DNA of 64,000 bases, taken from assembly GCA_964106915.2 (NCBI GenBank), contig OZ066923.1. One strand, given 5' to 3'. Numbering within the stretch: position 1 is the stretch's first letter; the number at the start of each line of letters is the position of its first letter. Positions 13,400 through 26,167 of this stretch are shown here, one piece after another. The DNA comes from Podarcis gaigeae. Taxonomy: Eukaryota. The notes under the pieces were generated by a model that was given only the letters and a program-made list of their open reading frames with translations, did not search any database and was not told where the DNA came from. The position numbers and the translations under genes were made by a program.

Positions 13400-13560
13400 G
13401 ATTGTTAAAATACTTAGAGCTGTATCTCTGTGAGGGGAATAGGGGTCTCCTAACAACTCCCAGGACCCATAACAAACTACAGTTCCCAGGATTCTTTGAT
13501 GGAAGCCAGGACTGTTTCAAGTGGCATGATAATGCTTTCAAGGTATTGTGCAAATGGAGG
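13400..13560 (+). repeat. Short interspersed repeat (GTGAGGGGAATAGGGGTCTCCTAACAAC...AAACTACAGTTCCCAGGATTC family)
   Basis: Homologous copies at ~55380-55915 (split by a Sauria SINE) and ~60905-61045. Confidence 0.7.
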
Positions 13561-14798
13561 CTTAGTATATGAGAAGAGCTTTGCTGGCCTATCTAGTCTA
13601 GCATCTTGTTTCTCATAGTGGCCAGCCAAGTGGCCCTGGAAGTCCACAAGCAGGAGAATAGCCTCTTCCTGCTCTCTCCATCTCTGATGAAGCATTTAAA
13701 AGGAATTTTACACACACACACATGTGACCTGAAAAATCTATTAGTTCCCAACCCGTTTACTCACTATTTTTAAAAAAGAAAGTCTCATTGAAATCAATGG
13801 AGCTTACTTTTGAGTAGACATGCACAGGATTGCACTGTTGAAAAGGCTTCATACTTCCATGTGACTGTCAAAGTTAGATGGTGTCTGCTGCTTAAAGTAA
13901 CTGCTGAGAAGATCCTGCTGATCTGACCAACCTGTGTTACTCATTTTGTAGTTATGTATCAGTCCTGAGGTTTATATATTTGGTATAAATTAAAATAAAG
14001 TTACAGTGATGTTATCCTGGTCATCTATGTGCATTTCACCATTGAAGTATCCATTCTGCATCATTAGACTGCCAAATGATAGTCTGGACTGCTTTTTTGC
14101 GATCTTCAAACAATTTAACACAGAAAGGAGAATTGGCACACAGTGTATTGCTGCCTCTCCTGAGCAAAATGCAGGGCAGAGGACCATTGAGTTTGGCTGC
14201 TGAAACATTCCTGGACAAAAACCGAAGCCAAGGCAGATCAGGTTCCGCTACCAGCTTCTCTTCCCTGAGGGAACGTACATATGTTTGTTCCAAGCTTTTG
14301 GTGGATGGAAACTGGAACTGTTCCTATTTTGCAATGCCAGTAGGAATTCAAGATGTCGGGACAGTTATGTTGAAAGGAGTCCCTCATTTTATGGTTGCTT
14401 ATTTTAGAACTTAAGAGGGTACACTGTAAATTATGTATAGACCTTATATGAGAAATGTAGAACTTTCTGGAACATATGCTGCAAGTCCCCAATTCCCTTT
14501 ATATAGATTGGAAAAATGGAGCAAAGGGCAGGGAGTTGTATATTTCAAGAACTTGTGGAGAGTCTCTCTCGGTGAGTCTTCTTCTCAGAGATGCATCTTA
14601 ACTGCACTCCTCCATGGGATTTCCTCTCCTGCCCACAATGTCCAGGGGGCAGGTTTTGCCCTGCCATGGTAACATCCGTGTCTGCCCTTTCCTTTCTCCA
14701 TAGTGTTGAATTAAGCAATCACTTAAATGGGCAAAAGAAATGGGATATGTTTGTGGACATCACTGGGATGGGAGACTCAATCCAGTACTATACATACA

Positions 14799-15149
14799 CG
14801 TGCGGGAGCAGGTGGCACTGTGGTGTAAACCACTGAGCCTCTTGGACTTGTTGATCAGAAGGTCGGCGGTTTGAATTTGCGCAACGGGGTGAGCTCCTGT
14901 TGCTCTGTCCCAGCATCTGCCAACCTAGCAGTTTGGAAGCACACCAGTGCAAGTAGATAAATAGGTACTGCTGTGGTGGGAAGGTAAATGGCGGCCACTG
15001 TTTAGTAATTCTGGCCAAATGACCCGGAAAGCTGTCTGTGGACAAATGCCAGCTCCCTTGGCCTGAAGCGAGATGAGCGCCGCATCCCATAGTCGCCTTT
15101 GACTGGACTTAACTGTCCAGGGGTCCTTTACCTTTTAACTTTACCCTTT
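14799..15149 (+). mobile_element. Sauria SINE
   Basis: GGTGGCACTGTGGTGTAAACCAC head, degenerate CCTTTACCTTT tail, 10-bp TSD TATACATACA. Confidence 0.9.
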
Positions 15150-16544
15150 TATACATACAGTGGGCTGCTGCATGTGTATTTTCCCAGACTTAAAAGCTTT
15201 GTTGATGTGTTTGGGAAGAAGACAAAGGGCAGCAGTGGTCTGGATTCAGCCTTCCCAATTTCCCCAAACCAATGATCAGTGCAATACCACATCCAACCAG
15301 AGATACACTAAGGGTATTTGCTTTTCTGTGTTCATGGTCTTAAACTGAATCAGCGCAGTTACATGCAATTCAGTCCCATTAGATTTAGTAGCATGTGCAT
15401 CCTTTACCACTTTAGGATTAGGACATAAGGCTGCAAGCACATCTGTTTGGAAGGAAGCAGGTAAGTAAATGCATTCAGGAATGAACTATCAAGGTGCATT
15501 CCTCTATTTGCTTCTTCTTATATCTTGCTCAGCCTATTTGCTATTCCCACTGAGCAACAGACTCCAGTGTATCTTAAATCTTCCTCAAAACTGTGCATTC
15601 TAGTAAAACCCAGTCTCCTTTTATCTGTATAGATGTTGATTGTAATATTCATGGGTTTCGGTAGCTCTTCACAAGGAGGAATAATAGGGGCTTTATTCTC
15701 ATTTAAATGAAATTTAAATGTATAAGCTACAAAACAAAGGGCATTAAAGCACTTTCATTGAATTTAGGGCTGCTTGCCAGTGCAACAGCAATTTAGAAAA
15801 CTTTTAGCAGAAATGTAAATCTGGATTTAGGATAGTTCAGTCTGGGAAGGGGGAAAATCAGTGCAGGATTATATAGAATAAAAAGGAGTGTAAATAATAA
15901 TACATGCTTTTGTATGTTTCCAGTGCTTCATAATACACAAAGAGAAGTGGCATTTAGTGAAATCTGCAAAGTCATTTTGGGTGGGGGGGACTATCAGAAA
16001 ACTACAATAAAATGACTCCGAGTCTCTGGCTATTGATTATTAGGCATTATCTTGGTATGAGCCTCCAGAAATGAATGTTTTGCCATTTAGTCTGATAAGC
16101 ATCTGCCAGGGCAACATGCAGCAGCTAGGAAAACAATTACAAGGGCTATCAATCCTCATGCTTTAGGATGTTTACTGATTACCAGCTGGGGTAAAGAAAC
16201 ATATTTTCCCCCTAGTTAAAGTGTAGCATAATTAAGCCCATTATGGAAGTTACATCCAGCTTTGGTCACTGTTGGGAGCAAAATAACGGTTTAGATGAAC
16301 CAGTGTTCTATTCCTTCCAGTGTGGCAATTGGAAGAAATTAGTATCCCTAATTTCTTGTGAAAGAGAGGAAGAGAAGAATCATTTGAAAGCAATCTAGTT
16401 TTCATTGGCCTCCACTGTAGGATAGACAATTGCTCCAAACCAATCTATCCTTTCTAATTTCTTCAATCTGTTGCTTCAGTGTGGACATACACCTCAAGCA
16501 GGCACATCTTCCTCATTTGCTGCTGAGACATGATTTACAGAATT

Positions 16545-17065
16545 TTGGATGCAGAAAGGGACAACCAAAATGCCTAAGGGTCTGAAGCAACTCCCCTATG
16601 GGGAAAGAGTTTTGGTGAGAAAGGCAAGTAATTGTGCATGGTATGGAGAAAGATACAGATAACATTTCATTATTATTATTATTATTATTATTAATTATCA
16701 TCAAACAGAAACCCAGGGGCATCCTGTGAAGCTGAATGATGGGAGATTCAGGATAGACAAAAAACAAGTGTTTCTTTAAGCAGCACATGGTTAAACTATG
16801 GAACTCACTGCCACAATTTGTGGTAATGGTTGTTGCCAACTTGGACAGCTTTAAAAGAGAATTATTCAAATTCAGGTTAAGGCTATCTGTGGCCACTAGT
16901 CAGGATGACCTCCAGGATCAGACGCAGTTTGCTGGGGAGCAACAGCAGGAGAGAGAGCTGTTGCGCTCATGCCCTGCTTGTAGACTTCCCAAAGATATCT
17001 GGTTGGCTACTGGGGAAAACATGATGCTTGATTAGATGAGCCTTTGCTCTGATCCAGCAGTTCTT
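16545..17065 (+). mobile_element. CR1 LINE 3' fragment with internal (ATT)n expansion
   Basis: Remnant CR1 ORF2 end (VKLWNSLPQ.VV..NLDSFKREL) followed by 3' UTR. Confidence 0.8.
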
Positions 17066-18447
17066 AAGAAGTAAAAAGATTGCACAAAAATGGGAACACC
17101 AGTAGAAGGGGACAGGGCTCAAAACGTTGGGATGTATTGATAATGGATGGATTAATTTACCAAATTAGAAGTCAACACAGGAGGCAGAAATCCAATTGTT
17201 TTATGGAAGCCTCATGACCAGTGCAGTAACTCAGAGCAGGGCTTTTAGTGTGGCTGTCCCTTTCCTGTGGAATAGCATTTCTGTTGAAATACAACAGGTG
17301 TCCGGTATCTGCACTTTCCAGAAACAACGGATGACATATTTGTTTCCAACAAGCTTTCCCAATTGAATGAATGTGTCACTGCCATGGGTGTCTACTTTGT
17401 GTTGTTTTTAACATTAATTTGCTGTTATTTTCCATGCTGTTTTAAACTGGTTTTTAGCTGTTTTATTATATTTTGTACTTCTATGTATGTGGAAGGCAAT
17501 TAATAATAATATTGTTTGGAAGCAGAACCTCTGAACTTGGCCCATTTCAGGCGCTGTCAAACTCATCGCAATGATCACTCAAGGGAGGAGAGCAGAACTA
17601 TGCACATTTGCCCTGACCCTCTCCAAGGCTGCTCACGAGTTGAAGGCATGTCAGCTGCAGGACAACCTGCCAAATTCACATAGGCAGTTCCCATGAGCTG
17701 AAACCTACATACATTTGGCAGATTCCTTAGCTGCAGACGTGGCTTCAACCCATGGAAGTGGTTGGCATGGGGTGTTAACACACAACCCCACTTGTCTGCC
17801 AATGCATGAAGAGGGTTTATATGTTTGTACCAAGTGTGTTGAATGATACTGCTTTTGGTTGATGTTTTTTGATGCTAAGTGAACCATAATAAATGTGAGG
17901 AGAATTGTAACTGTGAGTTATATTTTGTCATTTGTGGGGCAGGGGGGAGGGTTGTTTATTGAATCTTCTTAATGGGCGAGATGGAAAGAAAATAAATTGA
18001 TGCTACAAAAAGGGGAAAGAAAGAATAGTACTCATATAAACCTACTGTTCTGGTGTTCTTTCCAGCCTATGCATGCAGAATGTCATAAAAAATATGTTTA
18101 TTATACCTGGTTTTAAAAGGATTTATCAGACGCTTAAAAATTGATGTTTGCATTTTTTCATGTTGAATATTGCATTCAGATTTGCATTTATATAGGACTT
18201 TGCTTCACTCCATGCGATTTCCTCCTTCTTCCATCGGCAACCTGAAGTGGTTTTACTCAGGAACAGATTTACCACCTGATGTGTAATTTGTATGAAGCCA
18301 CTTTGGTCCAGTGGTGTACCCGCTGCATAGTCCGAAGTGAGGTGTTTAGGGGATTTGTTTTTGTTGCGTATGGGATTTGTGTGTGTTTTAAATGCTTTTA
18401 TTCTGCCAGAACTTGGACTTGGTTGCACCCTTTGTGGCTGAGTGTTT

Positions 18448-18474
18448 TTCCTTGACTTTATTTCTTCCTCCCAC
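18448..18474 (+). promoter_or_regulatory. U12-type (minor spliceosome) branch point and AC 3' splice site
   Basis: TTCCTTGAC at 18448-18456 (U12 consensus TTCCTTRAC), branch A at 18455, intron ends ...CCCAC at 18474. No AG lies between the branch site and the conserved W codon. Confidence 0.92.
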
Positions 18475-18586
18475 TTGGTTTGAGTTTGTCAGTATGATGG
18501 TGATCCTGCTGAATTGTGTGACCCTTGGGATGTACCAGCCTTGTGATGATATGGACTGCCTCTCCAACAGATGTAAAATTTTGCAG
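18475..18586 (+). CDS. CACNA1I: Cav3.3 T-type calcium channel alpha-1I, coding exon (probably exon 2; domain I S1 and S1-S2 loop)
   Basis: Translates (P)[37 protein letters not shown], matching recalled Cav3.3 IS1. 112 bp, AC acceptor at 18473-18474, CAG|GTAAGT donor at 18587. Confidence 0.96.
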
Positions 18587-19608
18587 GTAAGTAACTCCTT
18601 CTCCATAATGGCAGTAGGTGAACCACCGTGCTGCCCCCTCTAACCCACCCGCTTGGGGTTTCTCAGACTGCCAAGCCACTCTTGCTTCAAAGTAGATTGG
18701 TGAGCCCTTTGTTCTCAAAACTCAGGAGCCTGGTTTATCACAGGACCTTCCTGTGGGCTTCTACCATCTCCCTTCCTTTGCCCTGTACACAATTAACACA
18801 GGCAACACTGCTGTTTCTTCCCTTCTCCCCTACAACAGAAGGAGGGGAGGAAAGAGCCATCCTCTTCCTTGCCTGCCTTGGCAATACTTCTGGCTTGTCT
18901 GTCTGAACCAGCACATCTGCTTTTGTGCTTTCCAATGCAAGACTAGACCACATTGCTGCTACAAGAAGCGACTGCTTCCATTTACAACAATGAAACATCC
19001 CAAATACAGTGTAGAAGAATGCTATGTCAGTGTATGTTTGTGTCAGGGAACTGCCATCAGCTCAGAGGCAAGAGGTGGAAGGGCAGTTGTGTTATAGGGA
19101 ACCTCTGAAAATCTTGCGAGGCAGTTCCTCCTCTGGTGAGGAGGGAAGCCCCACCTCCAGTGGAGAGGAAGTGGTGGGAGCAGGGGATGCTAGGAAGAGC
19201 CTCAACACCAAGCCTGAGCAAACCGGAGGGGAAGGAAGTACCCCTTTGCCAGCGCCCATGCTGCACAGTAGGTTTAGGCGCAGGGAACGGAGGAGAAGGT
19301 TGGGGATCACGTGGCTGTTATGCTGGAGGAGGTATAAGGACCGCCCACTCCCAGATTCTGCTAGCGAGTGAGCCAGACATGAACTTGCGACGCTCTTCAC
19401 TGTAAATAGTTTGCACTAATAATAAAGCCTGGAAAAGACAGGTTGGAGTCTTGCCTGTTTGCTCTCGAGCAACCACACCAGCACCTGGCAGTTTGTGCTG
19501 AGTATTGAAATTAAGACTTGCTCAAAATGTTGTGAAGTATAAGGTGGAGGGAAAATAGCTGTGGAGACAAGTTGAACCCCACCTCACTTATTCTTATGGG
19601 TCTTTCAG
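18587..19608 (+). other. CACNA1I: CACNA1I GT-AG intron, 1022 bp
   Basis: GTAAGT...TTTCAG joining in-phase exons. Confidence 0.95.
19041..19490 (+). mobile_element. Solo LTR (450 bp) in the 1-kb CACNA1I intron
   Basis: Inverted termini TGTCAGG...CCTGGCA, perfect 5-bp TSD GTTTG (19036-19040, 19491-19495), TATAAG at 19333, AATAAA at 19421. Confidence 0.88.
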
Positions 19609-19742
19609 GTTTTTGACGATTTCATCTTCATTTTCTTTGCTATGGAGATGATTTTTAAAATGGTGGCCTTGGGGATCTTTGGCAAGAAATGCTACCTTGG
19701 AGACACTTGGAACCGCCTGGATTTCTTCATTGTTATGGCTGG
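19609..19742 (+). CDS. CACNA1I: Cav3.3 coding exon (probably exon 3; domain I S2-S3)
   Basis: TCTTTCAG| acceptor; [45 protein letters not shown]; GG|GTAAGT donor at 19743. 134 bp, in phase with both neighbours. Not reported by the ORF track on this strand. Confidence 0.97.
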
Positions 19743-21528
19743 GTAAGTTCCTGCTTCCTTTTTGAAATTCTGAGAACCGTTGGATAAAAGCTGTCAATAT
19801 GGGAACTGGGCACTATCTATCAGCGTGCTTTGAACACAGTGCAGGGCCAAGCCGAGTATGAATATAGATTTGAATCTCATATACTTCAGTCTGTGGTCTC
19901 ATTGCTCCTCTTGAGTTCTATGTACGTAAATAGGCTGCATCCATGAGAGTAGCCTGTCTGGAGCTGGGTGGTAGGTTCACTCAACTCTGTCCTGCCCTGA
20001 TACCATATGGCCAGCTCTCTGTAAAAGATGGATATGTGTTGTGGGGGGAAATGCAATAAGTCTGTGCTTACAGAAGAGACAGAAACACATGTACTCCCCA
20101 CAGAGATCCCTGTAATATATGGCTCCCCTCTGGGCATAATTATGGGCACTTGCTGGAAAATATAAGGCACGGAAGTAAGACAGGTGGGAACAGAGTAGAA
20201 TCTCCTTGATCAAATCGGTGTGGTTTGTTTGTTTTTACAGTGTTGGCATTCAGAGCATCTTCATAAAAAAAAAACAAACCCCAAAACATTGTGCTTCTGC
20301 CTTTGCATCCTATTGGCCCACCTAAGCACACCTCAGGGACACGTTGACATTTGAGTGTTTTTAACAGCCAAGTTGCTATAGTAAAGTGCTAGTTTCCACT
20401 TCACGTGTCTCATTCCACCCTGAGCAAGGGGCCCGTAAGGATTTGCTAGTCAAATGGTTGGCGAGAATTCACTGCCTGCGTTGGTGGGCACAGCTTTGCA
20501 AAATAAAATGGGCTATATGAAGGGGAGAGCATTGTTGCTTCAAGGACCAGACTTCCCTCTCCATCCTGTAAGCATGCATAGAAACGCTTTCCCCCCTCAC
20601 CATTGAGAATAATCATCTATCACCTGTATCTGCAACTCACTGGCTGAACTGGCAGTGGGTTCAAGCCTGAGCAGGCAGCAGGCCCCTTGCATGAATGGCT
20701 GCAGCATTTATTTGCTTGTATTCAGCCTAGTGAGTCAGCACAGCATTGCCAGCCACCTGGCTTATTTTAAATCAGCCTCGGTGCTTTATTGCCGTCTAGC
20801 AGCTTCTGTTGTCCTCGCCGTTTAGTCCAGCCGCAATGTTCAGCGCTGGCCAATTTCAAATGTCATACAGTCAAATTAAGTGGCATGTGCAAATGAGAAA
20901 TTGTTTTCCCCTTTGAGAGACGCACCAGTCCTAAGCCCAAGGCCGGCCATTTCTGCATGTGAGCAGATAATATTCCCCATCATACTGAACCAAGACTGAG
21001 CAAACGTCTGGGTTATAACCTCCTTGCAATTGAAAGTCTGGGACTTTGAAAGATGAATTTAAAAAGGGATCATTAGGTGAGTTCATAGAGGAGGAGTCTG
21101 ACTACTGGTAATGATGGCAATACATAGCCTCCAGCTGCAGAGGATGTGTGCTACTGAGTCCCAGCTGCTAGAGGATGAAAATAGGAAAGGGCCATCACCT
21201 TCCTGTCCTGCCTGCAGGCTTCCTGGATACCTCTGATTTGCCACTGTGGGAAAGACAATGCTGGACTTAGGTGGCCTTTGGTCTCATCAAGCAGGGCTCT
21301 TATGGTCCATGTCTACTCTTGACCCCCACCCCCACATAAGGAAACACAGCTTGTATCTATGGCCATCTTTTGCTCTTGAAGCAAGTAATGCAAAAGGAAA
21401 AAGGGAAAAAAAGACCCACACACAAAACGCAAAATGTATATTTCAGTTTAAAACTCATACCCTCTTGAAGGTCTTTGGAAGTGATTTCTGGATCCTTAAT
21501 ACCTGTCAAATAATCTACAGGTAATCCA

Positions 21529-21890
21529 GAGGGACCTGGGTGGCAGAGGGACCCGGGTGGCGCTGTGGGTTAAACCACAGAGCCTAGAACTTGCCGATCA
21601 GAAGGTCGGCGGTTCGAATCCCCGTGACGGGGTGAGCTCCCGTTGTTTGGTCCCAGCTCCTGCCAACCTAGCACGTCAAAGTGCAAGTAGATAAATATGT
21701 ACCGCTCCTGCGGGAAGGTAAACGGTGTTTTCGTGCCCTGCTCTGGTTTGGCAGATGCGGCTTAGTCATGCTGGCCACATGACCCGGAAGCTGTATGCTG
21801 GCTCCCTCGGCCAATAAAGCAAGATGAGTGCCTCAACCCCAGAGTCGGTCATGACTGGACCTAATGGACAGGGGTCCCTTTACCTTTACC
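21529..21890 (+). mobile_element. Sauria SINE with duplicated 5' head
   Basis: Full body, CCTTTACCTTTACC tail, 7-bp TSD TAATCCA. Confidence 0.92.
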
Positions 21891-22698
21891 TAATCCATGG
21901 GTGGGGGGGACAAGACAAGCAGTTGGCCCAGTCAGAAGTCAATGAATCCCAAAAGACTAGGAGCAGCTGAATCTAGCTGTACCCCAAAATGCAGTTCAGC
22001 CTCTTATGCCAGCTCCAGAAAGACGTTTGATATAAATACCATCTGTTGTTAGGAATTCATTTTCCCCAACAGCGCCTGCCTGCTCAACATATTCAGTCAG
22101 GCACTATCTCACAGCCCGTGGGTAGTTTAGCAGCCTTGTTCCAACAAGTAGTTCAAAGGCCCTCAACTTCATCTGAATGAAATCTATGCAGATGAGCCTG
22201 CAACTGTACAATGGGCTCGGTGTGCACATGTGCCCTGGTCAGCTTGCATATTGCTATGCCATCCCAGTGATAGGAGAACATATGCTGGGAAAGGTTATGC
22301 TGCACAACCAAGGGCCGGCACACAACTTCCTGAGCAGACACGGCAGCCAACACTGATGCTAGACATTGCATTGACGTGACCATATGGACTAAAACAAAAG
22401 CTTCAGAATGCATTTCACTCATTTCATGGTGATATTTAAAAATGTCTGACCAAAAATGATTATGTAGGGAGGAAGAATTGTAGAATTGGAAGAGACCCAG
22501 TCTAACCCCCTGCACAACATAGGAATCTCAACACATGGTCCCCTATCCAATTTGAAAGCATACTGGACCCTGCTTAACTTTGCAAATGTGCTAGCAATTC
22601 TATGGCTACAAGCACTATGAAAGCTCCTATGTTCAAGCGCTAGAAGCAAGCCACACAGGTGTGTTGGGAGAAATCCCATTTTCCTCCACTGCAGATCT

Positions 22699-22742
22699 TT
22701 CCTTCCTTCCTTCCTTCCTTCCTTCCTTCCTTCCTTCCTTCC
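22699..22742. repeat. (CCTT)n microsatellite
   Basis: Directly visible. Confidence 0.95.
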
Positions 22743-23150
22743 AGCATCCATTCCCTTATTTCTCAGCCCATGTTGACACAGCATTTACTATCCCTGTGCA
22801 TACATGAAAATATCCAGTGAACATTAGGAAAATAATGTTCCACCATTCATTTCCATTTCCATTTGGTCTTCTCCATTTCACAGCAATTTGCTTGTTTTGC
22901 AAGAGTCTTTCCCCCATTTCAATGGCTACTGATGTGAAACTTTACATTTGTTAATGTACATTGTGGCATGCAACAGACGCGCATAGCTCAGCCACCAACA
23001 ATTCATTTACTGTGTGTTTTCTTTCAAAATTAATGACTTTCAAGAGGGGTCACACTGTTAGTCTTCTGGAGCAAAAACAACTAAGAGTCTTGTGACACCA
23101 TAAAGACAAAGTTAATAAAGTGGTTAATAGCTCATCACAAAGTCATCCAT

Positions 23151-23240
23151 AGCTGCAATTCTCACCGTGTCTACTTAGAAGTAAGTGTCATTGAATTCAG
23201 TGGGACTTATTGCCAGGTAAATGGTGTTAGGATTGCAGCC
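23151..23240. repeat. ~90-bp palindromic interspersed repeat (GCTGCAATCCT...AGGATTGCAGC family)
   Basis: Imperfect inverted symmetry about ATTGAATTCA; related copies at 23575-23661, ~13750-13838, ~47929-47995, ~35440-35492. Confidence 0.7.
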
Positions 23241-24349
23241 TATCTCACTAACTTAATTTCACATTTCAATATAAACTCGCATCCTGTCTTGTTTCCCTCA
23301 CTCTGGCTCCAGGCAGGGCCAGTTTAGCACCCTGCTGATATTTGCTCATTGTGTCCTGTATTGTATGAATTACTCCTGCCACTTAATTGCATATAAATCC
23401 CTTTTTTAAAAAAATTGCAGCACTTTATTTCATAAACACGTATTCTATTCAGAAAATAGCCATGTGTGCGTATGTTCGTGTGTCTGCTGAAATATAATGG
23501 CCCAAGCTAATTTCCATCTGAAAAGAGCAATAATGAATGATGCATTCCATTGGTTTTTAATATTCACAGTAAGAAGCATTCCTAACCCATTTTACCTCAG
23601 AGTAAGGCTCATTGAATTCGGTGGCACTTTCTTCTGAGTAAACATGGCTAGGATTGCAGCTTTTGTGCACTCAGTCTTTGTCTAGCAGCAAACAACTTAC
23701 TCAAAATCAACAAACAACACTTCAGAAAACAGAAAAGCAATGAGGCATCTGTTGGGACATCACCAATTATATATGAATGACTATTTAAATAACATATATT
23801 GCAAAGTAATATATGTATGGATGCCTTTTTTGTTTTTTGTTTATAAAAACCACTTTTGCTGTAGAGAACTGAGGCAAAAATTGTTCACAGCAAGAGCCTG
23901 TGCCATGATGGGGGGTCTAATGAGCAGATGGAAGGAAATCCACATCACATGTGCACCTACCAAAATGACTCCAAAAGCCATTGCTTCTGAATGGTACCTT
24001 GGAACTGTCTTCTGTTGCTCATGATTCTGCCAATAAACTGATATCCGTTTATAATAAACAAAAGTTAACTCAGAACAATCTGAATCTTATCACATTGGAG
24101 GGAAATGTATCCTGGATTAATTGGACCTAGGATTGCGCAAACCACCATTAATATTGATGCTGATGTTCCCCTTAATTACAGTGAAGGCAGGATTAACTCC
24201 AGAGGTGGGAAAGGGTGGGAGGTGGGAAGAAAGGTGGTTCCAGATTTCCTAATTGCAGAGTGAAGCAGTAGAGTGACTGCACTAGCCCACATTGCCTCGG
24301 GATACACTAATGAGCAGACCCAACAGAGCCTATGCATAAATTTCCATTG

Positions 24350-24352
<3 letters not shown>

Positions 24353-24385
<33 letters not shown>
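24353..24385. repeat. (GT)n microsatellite
   Basis: Directly visible. Confidence 0.95.
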
Positions 24386-24387
<2 letters not shown>

Positions 24388-25000
24388 GGATGTTTAGGTG
24401 TAGGACTGCAATCCTACAAAATATAGAAACACTGGAAGCTAACTCAAACTGGATCCCCGTATTTGAACCAGCTCCAAGTGAGTCTGCCATGCTAGTTGTG
24501 ACTCAGTTTCAAATCCCAAAGTGGAAGGCCACCTTTAATGCAGCTATCTTTATAGAGATATACCAGAGATTAATGGTAAAAAATGTGGCTTGTATTTCAC
24601 AAAACAGATGTTAAAACCTGCTGCACAACCTTAATGTCATGAAGCCAGAATGAGATCTCATGTAGTCAAATTTAAGCTAACCTTACCCCACATCTAGAAT
24701 GACTGTGTCAGTGAACTTGTCCTAAAGATCCCTCACTTGGGCCTCTAATCTTTCTCCATCTCTTTAACTGCATTCTGGCTCATTCCTGCTTCCTAGCAAA
24801 CAGCTCATACCAACTTCCCTTTCCACCACACTCCTCATAAGGTAGGCCTCCTTCACATGTAGCTGTGATAGCCTGTGTGCTAGTGCTTGAATTACAAGAA
24901 GCCAGAGGAGATCTGGGCCCGTTTCTTTTGTGCCATGCCCCATTAGATACTGTTTTCAGAAGTCTACCAAAGAACGATAGTCATTTCCCTTACAGTTCAA

Positions 25001-25143
25001 GTCAGGATAGCTCAGTTGGTAGAGCATGAGACTCTTAATGTCGTTGGAGCCCCACATTGGGCAAAAGATTCCTGCATCGCAGGGTGGTTGGACCAGGTGA
25101 CCCTTGTGATCCTTTCCAACTCTGCAATTCTATGATTCTATGA
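25001..25143 (+). mobile_element. tRNA-Lys(CTT)-derived SINE with CR1-type tail
   Basis: GGATAGCTCAGTTGGTAGAGCATGAGACTCTTAAT...GAGCCCCACATTGGGC followed by ...TTCCAACTCT...(ATTCTATG)2. Confidence 0.8.
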
Positions 25144-25612
25144 CTGGTGGGAGCTGTTTCCTCGTGGAGCACTCCCACATGACTATGGGGTGCTACGTTG
25201 CTGATGGGGTCCATGAATGTTGCTCTTTCCTACATGATTGAAAGGGTGGGTGCTGATCATGAGGGAAAGAGCCACACAATTGGCTCTGCTGAGGTGTTTG
25301 CATCAGTCATATGCAAACAGCAGCAGTAAATGACTTCTACAGCCATGGATCATATATATAAGAAGATATTGGAAAGACCTTGTTCCATCAGCTCCTGAAG
25401 TCAGCCCAATAATATTTTGTGCCATACGTTTTCCATTAACATTTAAAAATGTAAGCCACCTCCGGTGCCTCGTCAGGAAGGTGGTATGTGTCAGCATCGC
25501 CCTTGAGCCAGTACCACCAACTGGACTCATGCACTTCAGCCCCGACTGGGCTAGGCGAGCTGGGTAGAACTTCCAGAGACCACCTCCTGCACAAGAACAG
25601 GTCAAAGTGCTG

Positions 25613-26100
25613 TGGACTCACAGCTTAGAGTTGTGAGCACCGGATTCACTCCAACAAGAAGACAGTCGTCGCACAGCAGAGCACAGCAGAGTATTGCAGA
25701 GCATAAACGACTCGGAGAGCAGCTCTGTAGAATATCTTCTTTATTCTATCTATAACTATTATACAACTATATACAGAGCTTAATGAGGTCTAAGCATAAA
25801 TGAATGCTGAACCGCACTGAGTGCCTGCAGCTGCTCTTAGCAGCAACCTTATCTCTACACACGATCTCTAACACTCAGTCTCTCTCTCTCTGACTGACTG
25901 ACTGAGTCTTTGATGTGGTGCTGGAGCAGAATAAGTAGAGAGCAGAACACTGCTCCTCCTCTCTGGAGAATCAGCAGACTCATCAGGAGATTCTTGGATA
26001 TGGGAGGGGTGAAATCTCCTCAGTATGTAAACGTAAGGAGCAAATGATAAACAAATATTGGAGTGGAAGGAAATGGTGACAACCTGACTTTTAGGATCCA
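25613..26100 (-). mobile_element. Solo LTR (488 bp), antisense
   Basis: TGGA...TCCA termini, perfect 5-bp TSD TGCTG (25608-25612, 26101-26105), AATAAA on the - strand near 25740. Confidence 0.75.
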
Positions 26101-26167
26101 TGCTGCAAAGCACTCATTGGAAGCAATCAGCCTAAAACACACACACACACACGCACCCCACATACAT

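Noticed and set aside
1-18447. First coding exon or promoter of CACNA1I
   Set aside because: No sequence encoding the Cav3.3 N-terminus and no CpG island seen; it must lie upstream.
18392-18643. 83-aa ORF as a complete gene
   Set aside because: Only 18475-18586 is exonic; the flanks are intron read-through.
19024-19405. Overlapping 69-115 aa ORFs
   Set aside because: They fall within a GC-rich solo LTR that has few stop codons; no protein similarity.
25001-25075. tRNA-Lys gene (also ~26168-26235)
   Set aside because: Arms are disrupted by deletions and both copies continue into a CR1-type tail, so they are SINE heads.
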